Positions 1-10,911 of a stretch of DNA of 43,599 bases are shown here, piece by piece. The position numbers and the translations under genes were made by a program. This stretch comes from Deltaproteobacteria bacterium (GTDB lineage Bacteria > Desulfobacterota > Dissulfuribacteria > Dissulfuribacterales > JALVPX01). Every line of letters begins with the position of its first letter. The stretch's first letter is position 1. Location of the stretch: NCBI GenBank assembly GCA_027031565.1, contig JALVPX010000082.1, forward strand, positions 1 to 43,599, written 5' to 3'. The notes under the pieces were generated by a model. The model did no database searches and was not told the DNA's origin. It saw nothing but the letters and a program-made list of their open reading frames with translations.

Positions 1-163
1 GTTCATTGCTTCGGTTTTTCCAGGGTGCAATGTATATACTCTGAATCCATGAAGGCAGTTCTGCTGAACGCTCGGCCCTGTGATAGCCGCATCCAGAAGC
101 AATAAACAGCAAGAGCAGAAAAATGGAAGCGAATATGAGTCTGTTTTTCAGTTCGACTCTCAT
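1..163 (-). CDS. lptE: LPS-assembly lipoprotein LptE-like, N-terminal fragment (runs off left edge)
   Basis: Absent from the ORF track because it has no stop in the window. Reverse-strand ATG at 163-161 overlaps the leuS stop (ATGA). Translation is [54 protein letters not shown]. It has a signal peptide, a lipobox (IASGC) and a GCGYH motif like LptE/RlpB. leuS-lptE synteny is known from E. coli. Confidence 0.5.
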   Translation of the reverse strand, partial: MRVELKNRLIFASIFLLLLFIASGCGYHRAERSAELPSWIQSIYIAPWKNRSNE

Positions 164-2673
164 TTGGCCACAATATTCACCAAGCGGTTTGGCACATAGA
201 TAGTCTTCCGGACGGTCAAGCCTTCAATATGTTTCTGTACCTTCTGGTCCTTTAAGGCCGCCTCTTTTACCTCATCTTCGGATGCACCTTGGGGAACGGA
301 TATCCTGGCCCTCAATTTTCCATTGACCTGTACTATGATCTCAACTACATCAGGCCTGGCAATGGCCGCGTCTGCCTGCGGCCAAGGAACCTCGCACAGA
401 TGGTGTTCGTTTCCGAGCAGCTGCCACAATTCTTCTGTTATATGGGGCACCATTGGATTGAGGAGCTTAACGATCGCCTCGCATGCCTCCCGCATTGCAA
501 ACCAGCCCTGTTTGTCACCTAGGGCAGGAGGGCCGTGCTTTCCAAGATATGCGGTCACGTCGTTGGTTAATTCCATGACTGCACTAATGGCCGTATTGAA
601 ATGAAAGCGCTTTTCAATATCATCTGTAACTTTTTGAATGGTTTGATGGGTCTTTTGGCGTATCGCCTTCAATTCGGCTGGCAGATTCCCGGCGGCTTCA
701 TTACTCTCATTCATATCTACCGAGGCCAGACCCTGCACATGATCTGAAATCAGGCGCCAGACCCGGTGCAGGAATCTGTGAGCGCCTTCGACTCCTTGGT
801 CACTCCATTCAAGGTCCCGTTCAGGCGGAGCAGCAAAAAGTATGAACAGACGAACAGTGTCAGCGCCGTAACGCTCTATCATGGAGTTGGGATCAACCAC
901 GTTGCCCTTCGACTTTGACATCTTGGAACCATCTTTTAGCACCATTCCCTGCGTAAGGAGGTTTTCAAAGGGTTCATCTGCTGATAGCCATCCAAGGTCG
1001 CGCAGTGCCTTGGTGAAAAAACGGGCATAAAGCAGGTGAAGAATGGCGTGCTCGATTCCGCCGATATATTGATCCACAGGCAGCCAGGCATCAACCCTCT
1101 TCTTGTCCAGGGGTTGATTTTTTTCATCAGGGCATGTGTATCGGGCAAAATACCAGGATGATTCCACAAAGGTATCCATGGTGTCGGTTTCACGTCTCGC
1201 CTTGGTGCCGCAAGCCGGACAGGGGACTGAATAAAAACTCTCCAGCTCGTGGAGTGGTGAACGGCCCTCCGGGCCAAGATTCACATCTGTCGGCAGCACC
1301 ACTGGCAAATCTTCCCTTTTAACCGGTACGATCCCGCATTTTGGACAATGGACAATCGGAATGGGCGCGCCCCAATACCTCTGTCGTGATATCCCCCAAT
1401 CCCTCAGCCTGTAAGTGGTCTTTGCCCTGCCTGCGCCTGTTTCCTCCAATTTCCGAATAATGGCTCCTTTTGCATCATCGTTGTACATGCCGTCGAAACC
1501 ATTTGAGTTAATCAAAAGACCAGGGCCTTCCCATGCCTGTTCCATATTTTCTGGCAAAAGTTTTTCACCTTCGGGCTGAATCACCACCTTTACTGGAATT
1601 CCATATTTTCTGGCAAACTCAAAGTCCCGCTGATCATGGGCTGGCACGGCCATCACTGCGCCGGTTCCATATTCCATCAAGACGAAATTGGCTACATAAA
1701 TGGGAATCTTCTCGCCGGTCAAGGGGTGCATGGCAAAACGGCCGGTAAAAACGCCCTTTTTTTCCTGGGGTTCCTGGGATGAGCCAACGCATGTACGCTT
1801 CCACTCCTCTATGAACCCTTTCACCTGGTCCTCATGGGGCGTGCCCGCTGTCAGCTTGAGTGCAAGGGGGTGCGCGGGAGAAAGACTCATGAAAGTTACG
1901 CCGAAAAGCGTATCCGGCCTGGTGGTGAATATGGGAATTTCTTCCTCCATACCATCCACCTTGAATATGACCTCGGCGCCCTGGCTTTTGCCGATCCAGT
2001 TGCGCTGCATGGTCAGAACCTTTTCAGGCCAGCCTTTGAGCCGGTCACACCATTCCAGCAATTCCTCGGCATATTGCGTGATTTTGAAAAACCACCCGGG
2101 CATCTCCCTTTCAACTACCTGGTTGTCACAGCGCCAGCAGCAGCCATCCTCCACCTGCTCATTGGCAAGAACTGTCTGGCAGCTGTCGCACCAGTTCACC
2201 TTTGTGGTTTTTCTATAGACGAGGCCCCTTTCAAGCATCTGGATAAAAAAGAGCTGCTCCCAGCCATAATATTCAGGATCACACGTGGCAATTTCCCTCT
2301 TCCAGTCATATGAAAAACCAAGCCGCTTGAGCTGGTTGCGCATATAATCTATGTTTTCATAAGTCCATTTTGCAGGATGGGTTCCATGCTTTATTGCGGC
2401 ATTCTCTGCAGGAAGGCCGAAGGCATCCCACCCCATGGGATGAAGCACCTTGAACCCGCGCATCCTTTTGTATCTGGCTATAACATCTCCTATGGAATAG
2501 TTGCGCACGTGCCCCATATGAATGCGCCCGGAAGGATAGGGGAACATCTCCAATACATAATATTTTGGCCCATCTGGAAGGTCTTCTACCCTGAACGCAT
2601 AGCCGGTTTCCCAGATCGCCTGCCACTTTTCTTCGATCGCCTTGAAATTATATGAAGAACCCATTTCTCCCAT
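160..2673 (-). CDS. leuS: leucyl-tRNA synthetase
   Basis: 837 aa. Class I HIGH-type motif (PSGRIHMGH) and KMSKS motif (KMSKSKGN). Typical LeuRS N-terminus [14 protein letters not shown]. An alternative ATG lies 9 nt downstream. Confidence 0.97.
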   Translation of the reverse strand: MGEMGSSYNFKAIEEKWQAIWETGYAFRVEDLPDGPKYYVLEMFPYPSGRIHMGHVRNYSIGDVIARYKRMRGFKVLHPMGWDAFGLPAENAAIKHGTHPAKWTYENIDYMRNQLKRLGFSYDWKREIATCDPEYYGWEQLFFIQMLERGLVYRKTTKVNWCDSCQTVLANEQVEDGCCWRCDNQVVEREMPGWFFKITQYAEELLEWCDRLKGWPEKVLTMQRNWIGKSQGAEVIFKVDGMEEEIPIFTTRPDTLFGVTFMSLSPAHPLALKLTAGTPHEDQVKGFIEEWKRTCVGSSQEPQEKKGVFTGRFAMHPLTGEKIPIYVANFVLMEYGTGAVMAVPAHDQRDFEFARKYGIPVKVVIQPEGEKLLPENMEQAWEGPGLLINSNGFDGMYNDDAKGAIIRKLEETGAGRAKTTYRLRDWGISRQRYWGAPIPIVHCPKCGIVPVKREDLPVVLPTDVNLGPEGRSPLHELESFYSVPCPACGTKARRETDTMDTFVESSWYFARYTCPDEKNQPLDKKRVDAWLPVDQYIGGIEHAILHLLYARFFTKALRDLGWLSADEPFENLLTQGMVLKDGSKMSKSKGNVVDPNSMIERYGADTVRLFILFAAPPERDLEWSDQGVEGAHRFLHRVWRLISDHVQGLASVDMNESNEAAGNLPAELKAIRQKTHQTIQKVTDDIEKRFHFNTAISAVMELTNDVTAYLGKHGPPALGDKQGWFAMREACEAIVKLLNPMVPHITEELWQLLGNEHHLCEVPWPQADAAIARPDVVEIIVQVNGKLRARISVPQGASEDEVKEAALKDQKVQKHIEGLTVRKTIYVPNRLVNIVAK

Positions 2674-2684
2674 ATCAAGAAGGC

Positions 2685-3140
2685 CTACGCTGCCTCTGCC
2701 TCCTTCTGTTTTTCTTTCATAAGGGCCTTGTAGACTGCATCCAGCACGCCGTTTATGAAACTGCTGGATTCGTCGCTGCCGAATTTCTTGGCAAGCTCCA
2801 CCGCCTCGTTTATTGCAACCTTTGCAGGTATGTCAGGGCACTTCAACAACTCATACAGGCCCAATCGCAAGATGTTCCGGTCAACACTGGCAAGCCTGTT
2901 CAGTTTCCAGCCCTTCAGAAACCTTTTAATAGTGGTGTCCAGCTCATCCTTGTGCTCAAGCACGCCCCTAAGGCGTTCCTTGGCAAACTTTACTGAAGGA
3001 TGGGCGGGCGATATCTCCTCTGTCCCAAGGCCGTTCAGATATTCTTCCAAGGCCTGTTCAACATCTTCGAAGGTTCCCCACTCAGACTGATACAATATCT
3101 GAAGGGCAACTTCTCTGCCCTTTGTGCGTATGTGTGACAT
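2685..3140 (-). CDS. nusB: transcription antitermination factor NusB
   Basis: 151 aa. N-terminus [14 protein letters not shown] is typical of NusB. It abuts ribH, the classic ribH-nusB synteny. Confidence 0.9.
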   Translation of the reverse strand: MSHIRTKGREVALQILYQSEWGTFEDVEQALEEYLNGLGTEEISPAHPSVKFAKERLRGVLEHKDELDTTIKRFLKGWKLNRLASVDRNILRLGLYELLKCPDIPAKVAINEAVELAKKFGSDESSSFINGVLDAVYKALMKEKQKEAEAA

Positions 3141-3614
3141 CTAAGCTGACTGGAGTTCCTTTAGAAGATTTACCATCTCGATGGCAGCCAGGGCAGCATC
3201 CCAGCCCTTGTTGCCGGCCTTGGTGCCAGCCCGTTCAATGGCCTGCTCAATGGTTTCGGTGGTCAGCACCCCAAAGGCAACCGGACAATCGGTTTCGAGG
3301 GAGACCATGGCAATGCCCTTGGAAGCCTCTGCTGCCACATAATCAAAATGAGGTGTGGCACCCCTTATTATGCAGCCCAGACATATAACAGCGTCATACT
3401 TTCCCGATTTCGCCATCTGTTTCGCTGCCAGCGGTATCTCGAAGGCACCAGGAACCCAGGCGACATCCACGCTGTTTTCATCCATGCCGTGCCGGACCAG
3501 CGCGTCCATGGTCCCTCCCAAAAGCTTATTGGAAATAAATTCGTTGAATCGGCCAGCAACTATTCCTATTTTTAGGCCTTTGGCATCCAGTTTACCTTCA
3601 TATACATTAGGCAT
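3141..3614 (-). CDS. ribH: 6,7-dimethyl-8-ribityllumazine synthase
   Basis: 157 aa. Lumazine synthase signature segments [11 protein letters not shown] and VPGAFEIP. Lies in the rib cluster. Confidence 0.95.
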   Translation of the reverse strand: MPNVYEGKLDAKGLKIGIVAGRFNEFISNKLLGGTMDALVRHGMDENSVDVAWVPGAFEIPLAAKQMAKSGKYDAVICLGCIIRGATPHFDYVAAEASKGIAMVSLETDCPVAFGVLTTETIEQAIERAGTKAGNKGWDAALAAIEMVNLLKELQSA

Positions 3615-4845
3615 GTTTGGCCTCCTCTCCCTGTGTGTCCAAATTTAGCAAATGCCCCATTTTTTCCTGTTTGCACTTTAAGTAGCGCAGGTTTTCCTGG
3701 TGAGGCGGAATTTCTATGGGCACCCTTTCCACCACTTCAAGGCCGTAACCCTCAAGGCCTACTATCTTCTTTGGATTATTGGTCATAAGCCGCATCTTTC
3801 GCACCCCCAGATCCCTCAAAATCTGGGCGCCAATGCCATAATCCCTGAGATCGGGTTTAAAACCCAGCCTCTTGTTCGCTTCCACTGTATCCGCACCTTT
3901 GTCCTGCAGGCAGTAGGCCTTGAGCTTGTTGAGCAGGCCTATTCCCCGGCCTTCCTGGCGCATGTACAGGAGCACTCCCCGGCCCTCTTTGGCTATTTGA
4001 TACATGGCACTCTGCAATTGCGGCCCGCAATCACAGCGCAAGGAGCCCAGGGCATCCCCGGTAAGGCACTCTGAATGGACCCGGACAAGCACCTCCTCGT
4101 CCTCTTTTATGGGCATGTCTCCCAGCACCATGGCAAGGTGCTCATTGGCATCCATTATCGAACTGTAGGCAATAAGCTTCCATTCCCCTCCGAACCTTGA
4201 TGGAAGCCTGGTTTCCACTTCACGCCTCACGAAGCTTTCATTCTTGAGCCTGTATGCTATGAGATCCGCAATGGTGATGATCTTTAAGTCATGTTCACTT
4301 GCGAATTCTTCCAGATCCGGCATACGTGCCATTGTGCCGTCTTCCTTCATGATTTCGCAAATTACACCTGCAGGCTTCAGGCCTGCCAGCCTGGCAAGGT
4401 CGACCGATCCTTCTGTCTGGCCCGCCCTCACCAGCACACCGCCATCCTTTGCCCTGAGCGGAAAGACATGACCCGGTGTAGCTATGTCTTCTGGCCCGGC
4501 ATCATCGGCTATTGCAGTCAAAATGGTGTGTGCCCGGTCATGGGCAGAAATACCGGTGGTAACCCCCTCCTTGGCCTCGATGGAGACGGTAAATGCCGTT
4601 CCAAATCTCGAGGTATTGCGGCTGGCCATCATGGGCAGCTGCAATCTATCAACCATCTCTGGGGCCAGAGAAAGGCAGATGAGCCCCCTGCCATATTTTG
4701 CCATGAAGTTTATGGCTTCAGGCGTGACCTTTTCGGCCGCCATGGTAAGATCGCCTTCGTTTTCCCTGTCTTCGTCATCAACAAGGATAACCATCTTACC
4801 GGCTTTTATATCTTCAAGGGCCGATTCTATTGTTGAAATTGCCAT
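3607..4845 (-). CDS. ribBA: bifunctional 3,4-dihydroxy-2-butanone-4-phosphate synthase / GTP cyclohydrolase II
   Basis: 412 aa. DHBP synthase N-half ([11 protein letters not shown]) and GTP cyclohydrolase II C-half ([18 protein letters not shown]). 8 nt overlap with ribH. Confidence 0.95.
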   Translation of the reverse strand: MAISTIESALEDIKAGKMVILVDDEDRENEGDLTMAAEKVTPEAINFMAKYGRGLICLSLAPEMVDRLQLPMMASRNTSRFGTAFTVSIEAKEGVTTGISAHDRAHTILTAIADDAGPEDIATPGHVFPLRAKDGGVLVRAGQTEGSVDLARLAGLKPAGVICEIMKEDGTMARMPDLEEFASEHDLKIITIADLIAYRLKNESFVRREVETRLPSRFGGEWKLIAYSSIMDANEHLAMVLGDMPIKEDEEVLVRVHSECLTGDALGSLRCDCGPQLQSAMYQIAKEGRGVLLYMRQEGRGIGLLNKLKAYCLQDKGADTVEANKRLGFKPDLRDYGIGAQILRDLGVRKMRLMTNNPKKIVGLEGYGLEVVERVPIEIPPHQENLRYLKCKQEKMGHLLNLDTQGEEAKHA

Positions 4846-4864
4846 GTTTTTCCCCTTCTGTTTA

Positions 4865-5518
4865 CTACATGAAGCCGTGCTTGGCCAAAAAATCTCTGTC
4901 TATCCGTTCCTGCCTGTCCGGCGCTGCCCGACCGGCAGTAAGCAGCTTTTCAATATACTTCCCTATTACATCAACCTCAATGTTGACCTTGTCTCCGCCC
5001 TTTCTGAAGCCCATGGTGGTCCGCTGGGCAGTATGGGGAATAATAGCCACAGAAAAGCCGCCTTTCCAGCAGGAATTTACAGTAAGGCTGATACCGTCGA
5101 TTGCAATGGACCCCTTTTCAATTATGTACCGATCCAGCTTTTGGGAGATGGAAAAAGTAAAAATCGTGAAATCACCTTCATGCCTTACCTCCTGCACCTG
5201 GCCTACACCGTCAATATGTCCGCTAACTATGTGCCCACCCAGTCTGTCTGTAGGCCGCACAGCCCTTTCAAGGTTGACTCTGGAGCCCCTTTTCATGCTG
5301 CCAAGGGTGGTCCTGGACAAGGTTTCCGGCGACACATCTGCTGTAAAGCGATTTTGTGAGATAGTGGTGGCAGTGAGGCATACCCCGTTTACTGCAATGC
5401 TCTCACCTGTCTGGGGGTCTTCCAGGGCCAAATCGGGCTCAATGGTGAATACAAGCCCCTTGCCCTGACTCCTCACATCACCTATGGTCCCGAGGCCTTC
5501 GACGATTCCAGTAAACAT
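4865..5518 (-). CDS. ribE: riboflavin synthase alpha chain
   Basis: 217 aa. MFTGIVEG start and a duplicated lumazine-binding repeat (NGVCLT / DGISLT). Confidence 0.93.
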   Translation of the reverse strand: MFTGIVEGLGTIGDVRSQGKGLVFTIEPDLALEDPQTGESIAVNGVCLTATTISQNRFTADVSPETLSRTTLGSMKRGSRVNLERAVRPTDRLGGHIVSGHIDGVGQVQEVRHEGDFTIFTFSISQKLDRYIIEKGSIAIDGISLTVNSCWKGGFSVAIIPHTAQRTTMGFRKGGDKVNIEVDVIGKYIEKLLTAGRAAPDRQERIDRDFLAKHGFM

Positions 5519-6661
5519 CTATCCTCTCCCCCAAAAGGACTGAATGTCTGCAACAACTCCCCTTACTAGGAAATTATCGCCCAAATTTATCTTCTTGAGA
5601 CTTGCCAGCCTGGGAGCTTCGCCCACCCTTTCGACGCCCTTTCCGCCTATACACATCTTCGAGCCCATGCCACCGATTACAATTGGAGCGTAGAAAAAAT
5701 AGGCCTCGTCCACAAGACCCCTGTCCCAGAATGCACCATGCACCTCGCTGCCACCCTCTACAAGGAGGGACTGAATATTTTCCCTGCCCATCTGCGCAAG
5801 AAGTGCCTCGAGATCCACTCTTCCCGTCTCATCTGGCGGAAGCAGCCACACATCGGTGCCCTTGGCTTTTAAGGCTTGAGCCCTCTTTTTTGTTTCCTTG
5901 CTTTCTACTGCGGCAATTATGGTTGCTGCGCTGCTTGGCTGGGTAAATATCTTCATATCTCCTGAAATGGTCAATCGAGAATCCAGAATGACACGAAGCG
6001 GGTCTCTGCCCGGGCCTTTTGGATGACGACAGGTCAAAGAGGGATTGTCGGCCAGAACAGTGTTTTTCCCAACGAGGATTGCATCGCTGATTTCCCTCAA
6101 CCTGTGCCCATAAATTCTGGCCCTTTTGTTGGTGATCCACTGTGAATGCCCCGTATTGGTAGCGATCCTTCCATCCAGGCTTATGGCAGCCTTGGAACGC
6201 ACCCAGGGAATGCCCTTGATAGTGTGTTTTGCAAAGGGCGCAATGAGCAGCCTGGCATCATCTTCAAGGCATCCGACCTTGACCCGCACGCCCTGTTCTT
6301 TCAGGAAAGAAGCTCCTCCACCCCTGACCTTTGGGTTTGGGTCTCTGGCGCCTATTATCACCTTCTTTATGCCTGCCCTCAATATGGCCTGGGTGCATGG
6401 CGGAGTCCGGCCATGGTGATTACAGGGCTCTAGGGTAACGTAGATTACGGCTCCCCTGGCCCGACTGCCGGCATCCCGGAGGGCATGCACCTCGGCATGA
6501 GGTGTACCGGCCTTTTCATGAAAGCCCCTTCCCACGATATTTCCATTTTTCACCACAACAGCGCCAACGGCAGGGTTTGGCGCGGTATAGCCCAGGCCTT
6601 TTTCAGCTAGGCGCAATGCTGAGCGCATGAATTTTCTGTCTTCGCTGCTCCAGTCAGCCAT
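5519..6661 (-). CDS. ribD: bifunctional diaminohydroxyphosphoribosylaminopyrimidine deaminase / 5-amino-6-(5-phosphoribosylamino)uracil reductase
   Basis: Deaminase zinc motifs HAEV and [11 protein letters not shown], with a reductase C-half. I prefer the ATG at 6661 ([12 protein letters not shown]...) over the TTG at 6688 used by the track. It overlaps the nrdR stop by 8 nt. Confidence 0.92.
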   Translation of the reverse strand: MADWSSEDRKFMRSALRLAEKGLGYTAPNPAVGAVVVKNGNIVGRGFHEKAGTPHAEVHALRDAGSRARGAVIYVTLEPCNHHGRTPPCTQAILRAGIKKVIIGARDPNPKVRGGGASFLKEQGVRVKVGCLEDDARLLIAPFAKHTIKGIPWVRSKAAISLDGRIATNTGHSQWITNKRARIYGHRLREISDAILVGKNTVLADNPSLTCRHPKGPGRDPLRVILDSRLTISGDMKIFTQPSSAATIIAAVESKETKKRAQALKAKGTDVWLLPPDETGRVDLEALLAQMGRENIQSLLVEGGSEVHGAFWDRGLVDEAYFFYAPIVIGGMGSKMCIGGKGVERVGEAPRLASLKKINLGDNFLVRGVVADIQSFWGRG

Positions 6662-7130
6662 TGTCCCCTGCCTTGCCGCCGTCTCCAATCAATTCCTGAA
6701 GCTGTTCCATGAATTCCTGCAGGTCCTTGAATTGTTTATAAACAGAGGCAAACCTCACATAGGCCACATCATCCCACTGTCTAAGCTGTTCCATGATGCG
6801 TTCGCCAATGTATTTGCTAGGAAGCTCCCTTTCCCCCTTCTCCTGGATGTTCTTTTCAAGGTTGGAGACAAATTCCTCTATCATATCTGCCCCAATGGGC
6901 CTTTTTTCACACGCCTTCCGTATGCCTGCAATAACCTTGCGGCGGTCAAACGGCTCCCTGCGGCCATCCTTTTTTACTACTAGGGGCTGGAACTCTTCGA
7001 TGCGTTCATACGTGGTAAAGCGCTCCGAACACTTCAAGCATTCCCGCCTGCGCCTGATGGCGGTTCCATCCTTGGTGGTCCGTGAATCAATTACCTTGCT
7101 GTCCAGTGATGAGCAAAAAGGACATTTCAT
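6654..7130 (-). CDS. nrdR: transcriptional repressor NrdR
   Basis: Canonical MKCPFC...CLKC zinc ribbon followed by an ATP-cone. ATG at 7130; the track start at 7136 is a TTG two codons upstream. Confidence 0.95.
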   Translation of the reverse strand: MKCPFCSSLDSKVIDSRTTKDGTAIRRRRECLKCSERFTTYERIEEFQPLVVKKDGRREPFDRRKVIAGIRKACEKRPIGADMIEEFVSNLEKNIQEKGERELPSKYIGERIMEQLRQWDDVAYVRFASVYKQFKDLQEFMEQLQELIGDGGKAGDNG

Positions 7131-7208
7131 GCCCAAGTTTTAACAGGCTTTGAGGCTTTTTCCAAATTCCATGGCCTGGAAGGTTGCTGACGGCAACACA
7201 CATGCTTG

Positions 7209-7820
7209 TTATCCTCTTTTGGATATTTCTAACAGCGCCCCTGCTATTTCCCTGCTCAACCGTGAAAATGCCCTGTTCCAGGCCTGGATCAGCCCGTTAT
7301 AGGTGGGTTCCTCAACCTCCTGCTCAAAGCGTGAAAGGCGTGTTTCGACCTGACTGCCGCCAGTGCCCTGATATATGGTCCAGCGGGCCTCAAGGAGCGC
7401 CTTCCCGTCGAGCCTCCCATCCATCTGGATGATGTCAAGCTCTATTCGGTAATCCCATTGCAGCCCCTTTACGTGCAGATAATAAGACACCCTGTCTGTA
7501 TTGAGCAACCTTGACAGATCCTTTGCGATTATCAGCCCTATGTTTTCATCCAGAGGGCCTGCCCACCTGTGAAACTCAGCCAGATGCAGCTGGTTGTGCC
7601 CGCTTCGCGTCACTATGTTGGGGCGGTCGAGATGGCCTGGCATTCTAATAGGCCCGATCAGCACCGCCTTGTCAAATGAAACGGTGGAGATAGGCGTTTC
7701 CGGCATGGCGTCAAGGATGTAAAAGCGTGCGGTACTGGTTTGGGCAGCACAGCCGCACAAGAGCAGCAAGGCAGCAGAAATTGCTGAAAATGGCCTTTTG
7801 TAAATGTCTAGGATGCTCAT
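7209..7820 (-). CDS. PqiC/YmbA-like (DUF330) ABC-transport auxiliary lipoprotein
   Basis: 203 aa. Signal peptide with lipobox LLCGC. ATGA overlap with the upstream MCE gene. Size and position match the auxiliary lipoproteins of MCE transporters. Confidence 0.6.
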   Translation of the reverse strand: MSILDIYKRPFSAISAALLLLCGCAAQTSTARFYILDAMPETPISTVSFDKAVLIGPIRMPGHLDRPNIVTRSGHNQLHLAEFHRWAGPLDENIGLIIAKDLSRLLNTDRVSYYLHVKGLQWDYRIELDIIQMDGRLDGKALLEARWTIYQGTGGSQVETRLSRFEQEVEEPTYNGLIQAWNRAFSRLSREIAGALLEISKRG

Positions 7821-8809
7821 TGCGGCAATTCCTTGGCTCTGCCTTTACCTTTGAGAAGTGCCTCAGGGTGGCGTTCCAAATAATCCGCCAGGAGGCGCAA
7901 GTTCCTGGCCGCCTTTGATATCTCGTCCAAGGTTTTAATGAGTTGGGAGTGCAGCAAAGACCCTTCTCCGAATCCTTCCTGCAATTTTCCCATGGCCTTT
8001 TCAGCCCCGTTCAAGGTCTTGCGCATTTCCCTAAGAGTGGAAACGAATTCCCGCTCGGCATTCTTGATGCTTCTTGTCAAGGTGCCTTCCAGGGGCCTGA
8101 TATGGTTATCGATATTCTTTACCAGTGTGGATATATCTTGCATCAAGCTGCTGACATTAACAAGGGCCTTTTCGGTGTCAGGTCTTGCAAGCAGCGTGTT
8201 CATGCTGGTTATCATGTTTGTGAGCTGAGAAAGAAGCTCTTTTATGGGAAGGCTCCTGATCTCGTCAAAGATCTTGAGCGCCGTATCAGATATCTCCTCA
8301 AAGGGAGTGGGTATGGTGGGAATCTCCAGATAATCTTTTTCCCGGGCAACAAATTTTGCAGGTTTCCCATGGAAAAAATCCAAGGCGATGTAGAGCTTTC
8401 CAGTTACAATGCTTTGAAGGCGCAGTTGTCCCCGCAGTCCTTGATCTATGAGCATGCGGAGCCTGGCGGTCACACCCTTTTCATCTGTGCCGAAACGCGG
8501 CGTGGATTCCCTGAGCTTGGAGATCTTGTCATGGTCTATTTCTATAAAGACTGGAATCCAGAAGGAAATGCCTCCATCCTCTTCTGCTGCCTCGATATCG
8601 ATTGCCTTTACATTACCGATCTTGACTCCCTTGAACATTACCGGAGCCCCTACATCAAGCCCCTTTATGGAGGATTCAAAAAAGAGCACGAAGACCTCTT
8701 TCTCAGACAAAAACCTGCCTGAACCCCAGATCACGACTACAGCGGCCCCCAGAACCGCCGCGCCTAAGACAAAGGCCCCTATAAAGGCCTTTTTGACCTC
8801 GCTTCTCAT
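7817..8809 (-). CDS. MlaD/MCE-domain substrate-binding protein
   Basis: 330 aa. N-terminal TM anchor, then a single MCE domain (FFESSIKGLDVGAPVMFKGVKIGNV), then a long helical C-terminal region. Confidence 0.8.
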   Translation of the reverse strand: MRSEVKKAFIGAFVLGAAVLGAAVVVIWGSGRFLSEKEVFVLFFESSIKGLDVGAPVMFKGVKIGNVKAIDIEAAEEDGGISFWIPVFIEIDHDKISKLRESTPRFGTDEKGVTARLRMLIDQGLRGQLRLQSIVTGKLYIALDFFHGKPAKFVAREKDYLEIPTIPTPFEEISDTALKIFDEIRSLPIKELLSQLTNMITSMNTLLARPDTEKALVNVSSLMQDISTLVKNIDNHIRPLEGTLTRSIKNAEREFVSTLREMRKTLNGAEKAMGKLQEGFGEGSLLHSQLIKTLDEISKAARNLRLLADYLERHPEALLKGKGRAKELPQ

Positions 8810-8866
8810 AGCCCATTCTCCGCAATCATTTAGCTGCCTTCGACCATCGCCCTTTTTACCATGGCC

Positions 8867-9628
8867 TCATCCTTCCCCTCGGGTAAGAAAGGTCCTCACC
8901 TTGGGATGCAAATCCTTTTTCTGTAAGAGCTCCTGAGGAGGTCCCGAAGCTATCATGGTGCGCGACTCTGCATCCAGAAAGACCGAATTGGTTGCAACTG
9001 CAAATATGCTAGGAAGCTCATGAGTCACCAGGACTATCGTGGCCCCAAGGCTTTTGCGCAATTCCAAGATCAGCTCGTCCATGCGTTTCGAGCTGATTGG
9101 GTCGAGACCTGCTGAGGGCTCATCAAAAAACAAGATTTCAGGGTCCAGGGCCATGGCCCGGGCAATACCTGCCCGTTTTCTCATACCCCCACTTATTTCA
9201 GAGGGATAAAAGTCTTCATATCCCCCAAGACCCACGAGAGCCAGCTTGAAACCCACAAGCTCCCTTACGAAAACGGGATGAAGATCCAGGTACTGTTCAA
9301 TGGGTTCTGCCACATTTTCTGCAAGGGTCATGGAACTCCAGAGGGCACCGCGTTGATACATGACCCCGAAGCGCTGCATGCATGACTTCCTCTCAGCATG
9401 GCTGAGGTCCCAGAAACTCACGCCCCGGTAAAATATCCTGCCCTTCCTGGGTGCCTTGAGGCCTATTAGGTGCTTCAGCAGGGTCGATTTTCCGCATCCG
9501 CTGTCTCCCATTATCACGAAGACATCTCCCTCGTTCACATCAAAAGAAAGGCCCTGCTGGATTACAAAATCACCATAGGCCATTGTCAGATCTTCTACCT
9601 TTATGTGACTGCTGCCGCTTTTGTCCAT
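8867..9628 (-). CDS. MlaF-like ABC transporter ATP-binding protein
   Basis: 253 aa. Walker A GDSGCGKST, ABC signature ISGGMRKRAG, Walker B ILFFDEPSAGLD. Confidence 0.87.
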   Translation of the reverse strand: MDKSGSSHIKVEDLTMAYGDFVIQQGLSFDVNEGDVFVIMGDSGCGKSTLLKHLIGLKAPRKGRIFYRGVSFWDLSHAERKSCMQRFGVMYQRGALWSSMTLAENVAEPIEQYLDLHPVFVRELVGFKLALVGLGGYEDFYPSEISGGMRKRAGIARAMALDPEILFFDEPSAGLDPISSKRMDELILELRKSLGATIVLVTHELPSIFAVATNSVFLDAESRTMIASGPPQELLQKKDLHPKVRTFLTRGEG

Positions 9629-9630
9629 TA

Positions 9631-10779
9631 TTATATTCCAAGCAGATCACATATAACGGCAAAAATGCCGTCCAACAACACAATCAACACTATGGAGACG
9701 ACCACGGCCGAGGTAGCAGCAAGGCCCACGTTATAGGCAGATTTGCCGCACTTTATGCCCTTCATGCAACCGGAAACAGCTATCACCAGGCCGAATAAAA
9801 AGCTTTTTATAACACCAAGTAGAAAATGATTCAAATTAAGGGCCTCAACCGTTTGATTGTAATATTGCACTATGGGAATATCCAGCATACTTGCAGCAAC
9901 CACCAGGCCTCCGAGCATACCAACCACATCGGCATATATGCACAGGAGGGGCATCATAATGCTCAAGGCTGCGACACGCGGCAGGACAAGATATTCCATT
10001 GGAGAAAAACCAAAGGTTTTCAAGGCGTCAATTTCTTCGTTTACCTGCATGGTGCCGAGCTGAGCCGCGAAAGCAGCTCCGGTGCGGCCGGCCATTATGA
10101 TCCCTGTCATCATGGCACCCATCTCCCTGGCCATTCCTATGCCTACCAAGTCGGCAACATATATTTCAGCCCCAAAAATCTTGAGCTGCACCGCGCCTAC
10201 AAAGGCAAGAATGAGCCCTACCAGCCCGCTTATGAGGGAAACTATGGGAAGTGCGCTGGGTCCACAGTCATTTAAAAATGTGAAAAAATCTCTAGATCGG
10301 GATTTTGCCTTCCCCTGGAGAAGAGCAATAAGAGCCAAGGTCAAATCCCCCACAAACTCTAGTACACCCGCGACTGCGCCAGCTGCCTGGAATGTCTTGC
10401 TGCCCAGGCTAGCAAGGAGGCCAGGCGGCGTCTGTTTTTCCCCAGCCTCGACTTCCGGAACCGCCCTGGCAAGGGATACCAGGCGCTGGACCCCCGCAGG
10501 CACCATTGCCATATCAACTTGCACCTGATCTGGGCACAGCTCCAGGAATTTGATCAAAAAGGTCACAAAGATACTGTCCCATTTGTGAACCTTGGAGGCG
10601 TCAACCACATATTGGTGTACGTCGCTTCTTTGCGACTCCTGGACAATCCTGGAAATTAATGAATAATCGGGCAGATCGTCTTTTACCGTCCAGCTGCCTG
10701 AGAATATCAAAAGCATTTTACCGGCTGCATCCAGCCTATGTTCCAGTCTTGTTTTGGTATTTTGGGGAATAGCGTCCAT
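9631..10779 (-). CDS. MlaE-family ABC permease with N-terminal STAS-like extension
   Basis: 382 aa. The C-terminal ~260 aa is a multi-TM MlaE-like permease (MGAMMTGIIMAGRTGAAFAAQLGTMQVNEEIDAL). The first ~120 aa are soluble and resemble STAS/MlaB (LLIFSGSWTV...). Confidence 0.8.
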   Translation of the reverse strand: MDAIPQNTKTRLEHRLDAAGKMLLIFSGSWTVKDDLPDYSLISRIVQESQRSDVHQYVVDASKVHKWDSIFVTFLIKFLELCPDQVQVDMAMVPAGVQRLVSLARAVPEVEAGEKQTPPGLLASLGSKTFQAAGAVAGVLEFVGDLTLALIALLQGKAKSRSRDFFTFLNDCGPSALPIVSLISGLVGLILAFVGAVQLKIFGAEIYVADLVGIGMAREMGAMMTGIIMAGRTGAAFAAQLGTMQVNEEIDALKTFGFSPMEYLVLPRVAALSIMMPLLCIYADVVGMLGGLVVAASMLDIPIVQYYNQTVEALNLNHFLLGVIKSFLFGLVIAVSGCMKGIKCGKSAYNVGLAATSAVVVSIVLIVLLDGIFAVICDLLGI

Positions 10780-10911
10780 CTAAACAACCAACACTCCATC
10801 TAAATAGCCAATACTTTATCAACTGCATCCATTTTCCGAAATAGAAAATTGGTGGGCTCACTCAAAATTTATTTTTGAAAAAAAATGGGCCTTCCATTAC
10901 CGGATTCGAAA

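Noticed and set aside
4484-5359. 291 aa plus-strand ORF spanning the ribBA/ribE junction, plus 4830..5468
   Set aside because: It is antisense to two strongly supported rib genes and crosses their intergenic gap. It has no recognisable motifs and is typical of an antisense open frame in biased-codon DNA.
6654-7208. Looked for an FMN (RFN) riboswitch controlling the rib genes
   Set aside because: ribD overlaps nrdR, the ribE/ribBA gap is 19 nt, and the gap upstream of nrdR is only 72 nt. That gap is too short for an RFN element, and I saw none of its conserved core.
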